A stretch of 64,000 nt of DNA from Macrostomum lignano (Eukaryota), in contig NIVC01000328.1 in the NCBI GenBank assembly GCA_002269645.1, positions 62,001-126,000 on the forward strand. Direction: 5' to 3'. How positions within the stretch are numbered: position 1 is the stretch's first letter; each line of letters opens with the position of its first letter. The translations under genes and the position numbers were made by a program. This document shows, piece after piece, positions 50,256 through 60,198 of this stretch. Below the pieces are notes generated by a model. The model ran no database searches. It was not told the origin of the DNA and was given only the letters and a program-made list of their open reading frames with translations.

Positions 50256-50606
50256 ATGACACTCGCCAAGCTCACTCTTGTGCTGGTCATTGCGGGTAAG
50301 TTACCAGTTGCCAAGGTAGCTGTGATGAAGCCCTGTAGTTGTTGCAGTTCCAATTTCCTGACAATCCCTCGATCCAAATTCCAGCCGTCATGCTCCAGAT
50401 GGCCCCTGCCGCTCCTAGCGGCGGCGGCAGCAGGGGACCTGGCGGCAGCGGTGGCGGCGGCGGCGGCAGCGGCCCGCGGCCCGGAGGCGGAGGACCACCA
50501 CCAGCTTCGGGAGGCAGTTCGGCGGGAAGCGAGGAGCGAGTCCGGATTGCGATCCCCCAGCTGCCTGAGAAGTGAATTGAATCACCCAGCCAGCACAATG
50601 GACTGA
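50256..50606 (+). CDS. Possible small secreted protein of unknown function; frame and splicing unresolved
   Basis: TATA-like TATATAA about 100 bp upstream, hydrophobic N-terminus MTLAKLTLVLVIA, a GTAAGT donor at 50296 and a GC-rich body. No recognised homology. Confidence 0.3.
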   Translation: MTLAKLTLVLVIAGKLPVAKVAVMKPCSCCSSNFLTIPRSKFQPSCSRWPLPLLAAAAAGDLAAAVAAAAAAARGPEAEDHHQLREAVRREARSESGLRSPSCLRSELNHPASTMD

Positions 50607-50817
50607 CTACTAGACTGAACTCATGTTTAACAGTGTTCGCATGAAATCTTATTTTGATCTCAAATATAAAGGGAAGAGAATTTCAATGCATCTCAACTAT
50701 ACCAACGATTGGCGGCAACAGGCAATATAATCACTGTGTCTTTTTCAATAGTGTGCCTTTACGTAACAATCAGACTGTACTGGTGATGGATCCAAGATTT
50801 TTACGAAGATTCTATAG

Positions 50818-51144
50818 CAAAGGGTCCGGCAAACTTTTTAGAATCTAGTTCATGGCTGCGGGCTAGATATGAGTTGAAAGGAGAGGAGATAGAAGATAGA
50901 GATGAAAGAAGAGAGGAGATGCGAGAGATGGGATGAGAGAAAAGATAGAACATACGAAGAGAGAAGAGGGGAGAGAGGGGAGAGAGGGGAGGATAGGGAG
51001 GGGAGAGGGGCGAGAAGAGAAAGGAGAGGGGAGGAGAGAGAAGAGAGAGCTGAAAAGAGACACAAACCTTGAGTGGGTCCGGTTGCTATTGTGAAGTTTC
51101 AAAGGACCGAGGGCCGGATAGAGAGAGGCTTTGCGGCCCGTGGA
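50818..51144 (+). mobile_element. hAT-type MITE, copy 1 (GA-rich interior; right end truncated)
   Basis: Left end CAAAGGGTCCGGCAAAC. The internal segment TTGCTATTGTGAAGTTTC...GAGGGCCGGATAGAGAG is shared with copies 2 and 3. TCTATAG lies on both flanks. Confidence 0.7.
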
Positions 51145-51287
51145 CTCTATAGCAATACGGTTAATTTATCGGAATGTATAAATAATAGCGCTAACTATTA
51201 TATCAAACTTTAGAACAGTTACAATACGTGTGAATGAAGTTTCTGAACGATAAAAAACGATAAAGACAGCATAAAGTCCATACAAAT

Positions 51288-53555
51288 CTTGACTTACTTG
51301 ACTTAGCTGCAGGGCTGTCCCGGGGGGACACAGCGGGAAGGCGCGAACGCCCATTCCGCTAATCCCTGAACTGCCGACGCGTCGCTATGGACGAAGGGTT
51401 GGCGCCGCCCAGGGAGGTCCCTCAGTGTCGCCAGCAGCTATGGTGCTCTCTGGAAAGGAGAGTTCAGCCCTGCGGGTGGCCCGGAGGTAGCGCATGAGCT
51501 GATTAAAGTTTTCGGGTTTGCACGCTTCAGTAATAGATGTGTGTGGCCCGAGGTAAGTGAGTCTGGCTCGCGTAAAGGCGGGACAGATGCTGACGAAATG
51601 CTCAGCGGTTTCGTCACCTGAGTTAAATAAACTGCAGATGGCGTTGGTGGCGTTGCCCTGCAGGTACTGGTGCCTGGAGAAGCGGCCATTTAGAAGCTAA
51701 TAAAAAAGGGCCTAGACAAGCCTAGAAGTAGGTCTGTCTTGCTCCAATTCATTGCAAAATTGGCGCCATTTACATTCCTTGGCCTTGTGCACTTCAGATT
51801 TGAAGTTGCGGGAGGCTTGCCGGAAAAGCTCCATGTCCTCCGGGTTTCCGGTCTTCATGGCACGGCGATGAAGGCTTTTGGCCTTCCGCCTGAGTTTCCG
51901 CGGAGTTTCTGGAGTGCTACCGCGGTTGCGGAGCATGAGGTTTGTGTTAGAGTTGTGTTAGAGATGAGAGATGATTAGATTGGATGATACAGAGGTCTCC
52001 ATCTGAAAGATCAGTCCTCAGCCAAGCCTGGAGATGGCTGGCAGCGAGGATAGCCTCTCTAGGGCGGCTGTTCCCCGGGCCACACACATAAAAATCAGAG
52101 TAGCCATCAGAGTAGCCGTTGCGCATCCAGGGTTCCTGGATCAGGATGAGGCCTGGCCTGTACAGCTCAGCAATCTTCATCAGATTTACTGAAGCAGATA
52201 CGCAATGCTGTAAATTTATTTGCAGACCGAATGTCGCTCCTTTGGCAGCGTGGAGCTTAGTCATACTGTATTAAATGTAATGTCTGGCTAGAGCCCCGGG
52301 CCATCAAGGAGACTTGGACAGCAAATCGTCCTCGTCCCAGGCCGCTGGGGCTTGACTGGGAGATGGGAGTTGGTCGACGTCCATGGCCTCCTCACCCCCA
52401 CCAGCCCCCCCCCCCCCAGCAGAGTCCTCGGGCTCGGATGACAGGATGGAGGAAGCTTCCTCATCTGCATCTTTGCCTTCAGACCCCGCCAGGGTGGCCG
52501 AGGAGAGCTCGGATTCCGAAGACCCGGCTGTGAAGTCTGGGTTTGCGTGCCGAAAAAGGTGGCCTCTGTATGGCTCTGTTTACTCAATATATTAATTAGT
52601 CAATATTGTGGGGTGGGGTGAAGCGATGCGCGATTGGTTGAGAATTAGTAAACAAGTTTAGGCGAAAGAATGAGTCATGAATAATAATGCGGGGCAGAGA
52701 GTGCAGCGCACGGCCTACGCCCTACACCGGCCTCGTCCGCAACTCCTTCTCCGACTGGCAGATTTGGTTCCCGGGGCTTGGCCGGAGCCGTTACCGCGGT
52801 CGTCGAACTGCTGCTAGCAGAGGGGCGAGACGCAGCTTCGGCTTTGGGATCGGCTTGCACCTTTCCTTGGGCCTTAGACTGCGCCCGCTCTTGCCGGAGA
52901 TGCCGGGGTTGGCAGTAGCCTTTCCTTTGGCAGAAGGGAACAAGGTATTCCCTCCCCTCCCCTCGGTGCATCTTTCAAGAGCTTGAGGGCACCCAGCTGG
53001 AAAGAGGATCCGTTAGGGTACCGACTCGCCCAAGCGTTTGAAAGGCCGAGGACAACTGAGTTGCCCGTCTCCCCCCTGCGGACATTGCGGTGATACACCA
53101 GTCCACTAACAGGGAGGTCGGGATTCAGGCGCAGTAGGACCCGGCGGATAGCGTCTGGTCCAGCTGCGGTGCTCTTTGCAGAGACAAAAACCACAGGGTA
53201 TTGTCTTTGGAAGCTGGCCTTCGCGAAGAAAAAGAGCTCCGCCGAGGTCAGCATCCAAGGAGACCGTCGGCAGCCGCTGGAGCAGCTGCTGAGCGTCCTC
53301 CTCACTGCTAGGAGCAATAAGAACGAATGTGCTTCGCAGCACCATCCGCTCAATGCCGATGGAGATTCCCTCCTCGACAGTCAGCTCAATCAGATAGGAG
53401 TCAACAGCACTCCACACTTTTTGAAGCTGACCAGTGGTCCAGTCCTGGTCTCGACCTTGAATGATCACTCCCGGGATTTTGGCCTTGGCCTTCGCCGCAA
53501 AGGTAGCTCCCGAAGGAACCTCCTTGTTGGCAGCGGCCATTTGTTGCACCGTAAT
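51288..53555 (-). mobile_element. Decayed non-LTR retrotransposon (LOA/R1-like, I group): gag-like ORF1, partial APE endonuclease, linker, CCHC C-terminus, 3' tail; RT domain absent
   Basis: ORF1 fragments TFAAKAK...LLRLNPDL...VVLGL, with a frameshift near 53200 and an acidic tail. ORF2 has LQINLQH, LIQEPW and RPR (APE), KAKECKWRQFCNELE (linker) and CSLFNSGDETAEHFVSICPAF (zinc knuckle), with its stop at 51385. The 3' tail reads TAAGTCAAGTAAGTCAAG. Confidence 0.88.
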
Positions 53556-54414
53556 TTAGGAATTAGGCATCAAGGATAGGGAATTAAGAATTGGGGATTC
53601 GGATTCCAACATTAGGAATCAGGGATAGGGAATTAAGAATCGGGGATTGAGATTAAAAATGAGCTTTTCTCGGTTCTATGATTTCTGGCAGTCTTTCAAA
53701 CATTTAGACATTCAAACATCAAACATCAAATATTCTTTCAAACATTTAGACATTCAAACATCAAACATCAAATATTCTTTCAAACATTATATATACTACA
53801 CCTTGTGGGATTACACGCAGGTGCGGTTTTAGTTGGGGGGGGGGGGTTAAAGGCCTATTCATTCGTATACTTCATAATGAAGATTTCCGTCTGCGAAAAC
53901 TCTGATTCCCGCCCTCATGCGCCCCATCTCCCCCCCCCCCTACTCCTGTAGGTTAGGGTGATGAAATATCAGAAGAGTGATGTACTGTAAAGGAGAGGAT
54001 CGCGAGATAGGACAATAGGTAGAGATACAGAGAGGGGGGTAGGACGAGAGTAGCATGACTGAATGACCTGGAGGAAGGTGATAAAAAGCGATAAAAGCGA
54101 TATGGGCGATTCTGTGTGGCAACATAACTCATCACTAACCGTGCATCGAGTGGGTTAAAGATTAAGACAAAGGCATTACACAATTAAGTAGTAAAAGTAA
54201 ATCATAACTCAATTATAATAACAAGGTAGTAACTTCGTATATACTCAGCAACATCGAAAAGTCACCATCACAGAAGTCTGTGGTCGTCACTTTTGAGAGT
54301 GCCGGTAAAGTTTCTGAATCCTTGCGAGTGACGCAACTCAGCTACGCCACGCGGCAGACTTGAGTTGAGGAATGAAGTGGGGGGAGCGGTGTGCGAGGGT
54401 TGGACGGATTAAAG

Positions 54415-54435
54415 CAGCGGTTCTCAACCTTTTTT
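54415..54435 (+). mobile_element. Isolated hAT-type terminal sequence CAGCGGTTCTCAACCTTTTTT
   Basis: Resembles the CAGTGGTTCTCAA termini of Charlie/MER5-type hAT elements. I found no partner TIR. Confidence 0.35.
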
Positions 54436-54489
54436 CAGGCGATATAAATCTGCGCTGATCCCTGAAGTCATGCCAAAAAGCCCGGACCA

Positions 54490-54750
54490 GCGCTTGAAAG
54501 CTCAATCAGCGCTGGAAAGCTCAAATCGGCGCTGGAAAGCTCAAATTGGCGCCGGAAGTCAAATTTGGCGCCAGGATCACCAGATCGGCGCCAGGATCGC
54601 CGAATCAGCGCCGGAATGCTGAAACCAGCGCTGGAAAGCTCAAATCGGCGCGGGAAAGCTCAAATCGGCGCGGGAAAGCTCAAATTGGCGCCGGAAGTCA
54701 AATTTGGTGCCAGGATCCCCTAATCGGCGCCAGGATCCCCAAATCAGCGC
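54490..54750. repeat. About 20-bp degenerate repeat (GGAAAGCTCAAATCGGCGCT)
   Basis: Recurrent AAAT(C/T)GGCGC motif. Confidence 0.75.
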
Positions 54751-55546
54751 TGGAATGTGCCAACGGGTGTAGAAGTGGCAGCATATATCAGCTTGCTACT
54801 TCTTGGCGCCAATTTAATATGCCGGCGCTAATTTCAGCCTTTGGGCGCCAATTTTAGTACCCTGGCAAGGTCAATGCATTTAGTGCTCACGCACGGAGCC
54901 GAAAAAAAGTTTTTTCTTTTTTGAATTAGTGCCATGTATCTTGAAAACCAATGCCAGTCAAGTTCTGGCGTCTGTTTCTCCACAGCCCCGCAATGGCATA
55001 TCCTAACCATTGTGGGCTGGCCCCATGGATGAATGCCCCTATTCATTCATCCATGGCTGGCCCGCGCTAAGGGAGCCCACCCCACCGTGGGGCGGACCCC
55101 GCTAACGGGCTATTTTTAGCGTGGGATGGGCTCCGCTAACGGGCGGTCATAAACTGCCCACACAGCTCGAAAAACGAGACTAACCTTGTACAGCGGAGGG
55201 GGTGGGGCAGAGTGAGTGTCGCTTCCTGGGGAAGCGAAGCAACCAAAGAGGATTCCCTGCCTAGGGTCTGCCTTGAACACACGAGGGGACGGGTACCCCT
55301 GGTCGGCTTGCGAGACAGTGTGGGAGGGTCTGCGGCTGCCAGCGGCAAATAGAGGGTGCAGACCTCCCACCAGCCTTTACCTGCTGAAAATATGGGCAGG
55401 CGTGAAGCATCGCAGACCTTAGCCCATGGGCCAGGTCTGTCTCATACTTCACTGGGATGCTGAATACGCAATGCGAGCGAGCCCATACAAATCAATGTTC
55501 ATCTGATGGTGTACGACTCGTACACCCGATTGAAAAGGAGAGCAGA

Positions 55547-55891
55547 GGGTTCTGACTCTGAGCGCGCGCGCCATGGATGAAGGAATAGGATCCTATTTTC
55601 TATTCTATTCTATTCCGCAAGGAAATGCTAATTTCTTTCCCTTAAACCGTCGTGGCCCAGAGGAAGAAAGCAGTTGTAGATGTCTTACGTTAATCGTGAC
55701 TTTGGAATTTCCCTCGCGTACCAGCTTCAGCCAGTAAGAACTTAGTGGGGACTATTATTAAATTCCAGCAGCCAATGAAATTCATGGGGGAATATCCCAA
55801 TTTTTAGAAAGTCTTGGCCATAGACTCGCTTTCAGAAGAGCGATCCTTTCTATTCCTTCATCCATTGCGCGCGCGCTCAGAGTCAGAACCC
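55547..55891. mobile_element. 345-bp MITE-like element with 42-bp terminal inverted repeats
   Basis: GGGTTCTGACTCTGAGCGCGCGCGC(C/A)ATGGATGAAGGAATAG occurs at both ends in inverted orientation with one mismatch. Confidence 0.85.
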
Positions 55892-56001
55892 AAGAAGAGA
55901 GAAAGGCAGGCGGACGTGTTTTCATAGAGAGAGAGAGAGAGAGTAGGGAGAGCCACATTCTATCATTAAGCAGAAATTATCGTATTCAAAAACAAAGCAA
56001 G

Positions 56002-56448
56002 ATGTTGTCGCTACGAAAGCTGAAGTCGGACCCGCTGGCTCCTCCAAGCGACTTCATTCAAATGCTGCTGATCGGCCACCGAGGTGTTGGCACCTGTCAG
56101 GAGCAGGAGCTGCGTAGGCGGCGCTGCTCGGAGCTCGGCCTACCGTTGCCGCTTAGATTTCGAGAAAACACGCTGCTATCGATGATGCAAGCTGAAAAAG
56201 CTGGCGCACACTTTGTTCAGTTCGAAGTGCAGCTGAGCAAAGACCGAGTGCCAATTATTCATCACAATTTCTACACCGACGACGGCAGATTCGTTGGCAA
56301 CCTGACGCGGGCTGAACTGCAGGATTGCAATGAGGAAGACGACGATATACTGCATGAGCAGCTGTACACCACTATGGAGTCGTTCTTCGATTTTCTGCCA
56401 GAAAAGCTGGGATTTGACATTGAGATTAAGTATCCAAGGCAGTACAAG
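56002..56448 (+). CDS. Glycerophosphodiester phosphodiesterase domain protein (GDE5/GPCPD1-like catalytic domain), exon 1
   Basis: Encodes IGHRG, RENT, FVQFEVQLSKD, PIIHH and GFDIEIKYP. Phase-0 donor GTGAGT at 56449. An upstream exon cannot be excluded, as there is an acceptor-like cag at 55973. Confidence 0.88.
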
Positions 56449-56932
56449 GTGAGTCTGTATTGAAGTGGTTGGAGCCCATGTCTTAGGCCTTGGGATGCTG
56501 CAGGTGTCCGAGCGAAAGTTCGTGACCCCAAAAGGTTTTGTGTTAGTTTCTTTAAAAGAGTTCTATTTGTTGCATCCCTGACCCCTAGCCTCGGTGGTAA
56601 TTAAGGGCGTACAGGGTACTATACTAGTATCCGGATCCTTGCTCGCCTGCGCCAGGACGCGAGGTGCTCGCATTGCTCAACCAATCAGCTGGCGGCACCC
56701 GACGGGGGGAGGCGCAAAGCCTCAGCCCGGGGCCCGCCCAACCAGCCAGAACCATGACTCAAAAACCATTAAAGTAAATAGACAAATAACATCAAGTAAG
56801 AGTACAAGCATAGAACGGAGTGCCCTTGTACTACGAGTACACCGAAGTGCAACACAGAACATAATTCTAATGGCTCATACATGCGACCACCACGAATCCA
56901 CCTGGTCATACTATCCCAATTGTATCACACAG

Positions 56933-57430
56933 ACAGGCGCCAGTGTCTGTCCGGAATTTCACTGGGATCTAGAGGACTACGTGTCCAAAATTGTGAACTC
57001 AGCCAAGCGTCACAGCATCCGCAGTGTGAAGAATCGGCTAATCTTCTATTCCTCTTTCTCTTCTGACGTCTGCTTGGCCTTGCGTCGCCTGTACCCGGAG
57101 TGTTCCACTGTGTTCCTGGTGAACCACAAGGAGGGTCACAAGTACACCGATGTGCACGGTCTAAACGGACGCTCAGGACTCGAGTTCGCGACCTCAGCCT
57201 ACCTACAAGGCGTAGCCATCCACTCCGAAGAGCTGCAGCCGCCCAAGGAAGGCGGCAGAAACCCCACGGAATTCGGTCGAGAGTTCATTCACGATTGCAA
57301 GCGCCGCAGGCTGCACTGTTTAACATGGGGCCCAAAAAATAATTCGGCGGAATTTCGCCGACTCCAACGAGAGTGGGGCGTTGACGGAGTCATTTACGAC
57401 AACATTCATGCTGAGCGGGATGACTTGTGA
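56933..57430 (+). CDS. GDPD-domain protein, exon 2
   Basis: In-phase acceptor tcacacag at 56932. Encodes YSSFSSDVC, LQGV, LTWG and GVDGVIYD, then TGA. The spliced product is about 314 aa. Confidence 0.85.
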   Translation, partial: TGASVCPEFHWDLEDYVSKIVNSAKRHSIRSVKNRLIFYSSFSSDVCLALRRLYPECSTVFLVNHKEGHKYTDVHGLNGRSGLEFATSAYLQGVAIHSEELQPPKEGGRNPTEFGREFIHDCKRRRLHCLTWGPKNNSAEFRRLQREWGVDGVIYDNIHAERDDL

Positions 57431-57475
57431 GCCATTTTGGATGGTGGGGGTGGGGGAGGGGGGTTCGCACTAGAG

Positions 57476-57845
57476 CAGGGGTCAGCAATCTCCGGTCCCT
57501 AAAGCCTCTGTATCCGGCCATCGGGTCCGTTGAAACTTCACAACAGCAATGATCCGGTCCACTCAAGGTTTCTGTCTCTTCCAGCTCGCTTCTGTCTAAT
57601 CTCCTGCCTTCTCTTTTCTCTTCTCTCCTTTCCCTTCTTTTCTCTCCTCTCTACTCCTCTCTCCACTTCTATTTCATTTCTCCTCTCCTCTTGTCTCCAG
57701 CTCTCTTCTCCTTTATTCCCTCACCTCTCTTATCTCCCATTTGTCTTCTCTCTACTCTATTCCCTCTCCTCTCTCCTCTCTGGCCCTCAGTCATGCGTTA
57801 GGTAGTCCATGTGGCTGTTTAAGTAAAAAAGTTTGCTGATTCTTG
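57476..57845 (-). mobile_element. hAT-type MITE, copy 2 (inverted; CT-rich on +)
   Basis: TIRs CAGGGGTCAGCAA ... TTGCTGATTCTTG. The reverse complement matches the interiors of copies 1 and 3. Both flanks contain CTAG. Confidence 0.78.
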
Positions 57846-57867
57846 TGCTAGGGCGGGACTACTGTAG

Positions 57868-57950
57868 TTGAAGCCGGAAGCTACACCTGAAACTCTTGGT
57901 TGAAGCCGGAAGCTACACCTGAAACTCTTAATTGAAAGCGGAAGCTACAG
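57868..57950. repeat. 32-bp direct repeat, about 2.5 copies (GTTGAAGCCGGAAGCTACACCTGAAACTCTT)
   Basis: Copies at about 57868, 57900 and a partial copy at 57932. Confidence 0.75.
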
Positions 57951-58094
57951 TCGCAAATCGTGCAAATTTTAAACAAAGAAATCATGTTTTATCACTGTTT
58001 GGACTATACATGTCCATGGAAAATAACTGTCGTAAAACTTCATTATCTAAAATCTGCCGTTGCAAGCTTATAGAAGCTGAGATAGGGCGGGCAG

Positions 58095-58269
58095 TTGTCA
58101 ACCTTAGGTACTCAAATCTTTAGCACGAGTATATGGATAAGCAACACAGAAATATCAAAACAGCATAACTGCTCCAACGAAGTTTGCACGATTTGCAAGT
58201 GTGAGCGAGCGCCATTCTCCATGCACTTTTTTAGTTGCCCATGTTCACACTTGTGTGAATGCAATGTCG
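58095..58269 (+). CDS. Putative Cys/His-rich exon (HNCSNEVCTICKCERAPFSMHFFSCPCSHLCECNV-G); 5' boundary unknown
   Basis: Seven Cys in about 32 residues. The phase-1 donor GTAATT at 58270 joins the acceptor at 58374 in frame. Confidence 0.35.
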
Positions 58270-58374
58270 GTAATTCGGCATTCATGTTCAATTAAGTTTC
58301 CTATTCTTAAATACAATATTTTTAATACATTGAAATGTTCTTTAGACACAAAATGCGTTTTTAACGAATTACAG

Positions 58375-59884
58375 GTTCTTCAAGCAAAAAGCTAAAAACT
58401 CAAATACATGAAGAAACACCTGTCGAACTCAAATACATGAAGAAACACCTGTCGAAACTCAAATACATGAAGAAACACCTGTCGAAACTCAAATACATGT
58501 AGAAACACCTGTCGAAAGTCAAATACATGTAAAAACACCTGTCGAAGGACTCGAAACTGAAATAAATGAAGAAACACCTGTCGAAACCCAAATACATGCA
58601 GAAACACCTGTTGAAACTCAAATACATGCAGAAACACCTGTTGAAACTCAAATACATGCAGAAACACCTGTCGAAACTCAAATACATGCAGAAACACCTG
58701 TTGAAACTGAAATAAATGAAGAAACACCTGTCGAAACCCAAATACATGCAGAAACACCTGTTGAAACTCAAATACATGCAGAAACACCCGTTGAAACTCA
58801 AATACCTGCAGAAACACCTGTTGAAACTCAAATACATGAAGAAACACCTGTTGAAACTCAAATACATGCCGAAACACCTGTTGAAACTCAAATACATGCC
58901 GAAACACCTGTTGAAACTCAGATACATGCAGAAACACCTGTTGAAACTCAAATACATGAAGAAACACCTGTTGAAACTCAAATACATGCAGAAACACCTG
59001 TTGAAACTCAAATACATGCAGAAACACCTGTTGAAACTCAAATACATGCAGAAACACCTGTTGAAACTCAAATACATGCAGAAACACCTGTTGAAACTCA
59101 AATACATGCAGAAACACCTGTTGAAACTCAAATACATGCCGAAACACCTGTTGAAACTCAAATACATGAAGAAACACCTGTTGAAACTCAAATACATGCA
59201 GAAACACCTGTTGAAACTCAAATACATGCCGAAACACCTGTTGAAACTCAAATACATGCAGAAACACCTGTTGAAACTCAAATACATGAAGAAACACCTG
59301 TTGAAACTCAAATACATGCAGAAACACCTGTTGAAACTCAAATACATGCCGAAACACCTGTTGAAACTCAAATACATGAAGAAACACCTGTTGAAACTCA
59401 AATACATGCCGAAACACCTGTTGAAACTCAAATACATGCCGAAACACCTGTTGAAACTCAGATACATGCAGAAACACCTGTTGAAACTCAAATACATGCA
59501 GAAACACCTGTTGAAACTCAAATACATGAAGAAACACCTGTTGAAACTCAAATACATGCAGAAACACCTGTTGAAATTCAAATACATGCCGAAACACCTG
59601 TTGAAACTCAGATACATGCAGAAACACCTGTTGAAACTCAAATACATGCAGAAACACCTGTTGAAACTCAAATACATGAAGAAACACCTGTTGAAACTCA
59701 AATACATGCCGAAACACCTGTTGAAACTCAGATACATGCAGAAACACCTGTTGAAACTCAAATACATGCCGAAACACCTGTTGAAACTCAAATACATGCA
59801 GAAACACCTGTTGAAACTCAAATACATGCCGAAACACTTGTCAAAACCAGCCGCTCTGATGAAGCACTTGTTTGGGTCTGTTAA
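58375..59884 (+). CDS. Putative repeat-protein exon with about 48 copies of ETPVETQIH(A/E); needs one 1-nt correction near 58427
   Basis: The frame is open from 58412 to 59884. Several repeat variants are synonymous in this frame, the 9-bp insertion is in frame, and there is an acceptor ttacag at 58374. Confidence 0.4.
58395..59840. repeat. 30-bp tandem repeat (GAAACACCTGTTGAAACTCAAATACATGCA), about 48 copies
   Basis: Visible period. Confidence 0.96.
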
Positions 59885-59940
59885 CAAGAGTTAACAAGAG
59901 TAACAAGAGTTGTTAACAAGAGAGCGCTCTGTCTTACTGA

Positions 59941-60022
59941 ATGATGCGACTTCAAGTTTTGCTACTTGTTGCTTCGCTTGTTGTTGCGGCTTCAGGAGCT
60001 CCCACGACAACTCAGTTTGCCA
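59941..60022 (+). CDS. Signal-peptide exon of a secreted mucin-like protein (MMRLQVLLLVASLVVAASG-APTTTQFA)
   Basis: Textbook n/h/c signal peptide and phase-1 donor GTAAGT at 60023. Confidence 0.7.
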
Positions 60023-60198
60023 GTAAGTATCTACTTTATGTGTTAAACATGTTATAAAAATTGCACCAAAACTCTATCGCTGGGTCGCTCACGTGACGAC
60101 GACAAGCTCGCAAGGCAAAGGCAAAGCGCTCTGCTGCCCCTTGACGAGTTGAAAGTGTCCTTCGACAGCGCTTTGGTTTTGATTTACCTGACTTAGCT

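Noticed and set aside
53560-53655. TTAGG-like degenerate repeats at the LINE 5' junction, suggesting telomere-repeat targeting (SART/TRAS-like)
   Set aside because: The repeats are too degenerate, and the 3' flank shows no matching target sequence.
55200-55420. Possible HDV-like ribozyme in an RTE-like 5' UTR
   Set aside because: A TCCCCTCG loop-like motif exists on the minus strand, but I could not build P1/P2/P3 pairings.
56594-56932. N-terminal 113 aa of ORF 56594..57430
   Set aside because: It lies in the GDPD intron. Homology starts at the 56933 acceptor.
58392-59894. Listed ORFs FLHVFEFQQV, CFCMYLSFNR and KHLLKLKYMQ
   Set aside because: They are alternative frames of the 30-bp array with no splice or start support. 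The unlisted ETPVETQIHA frame is the better candidate.
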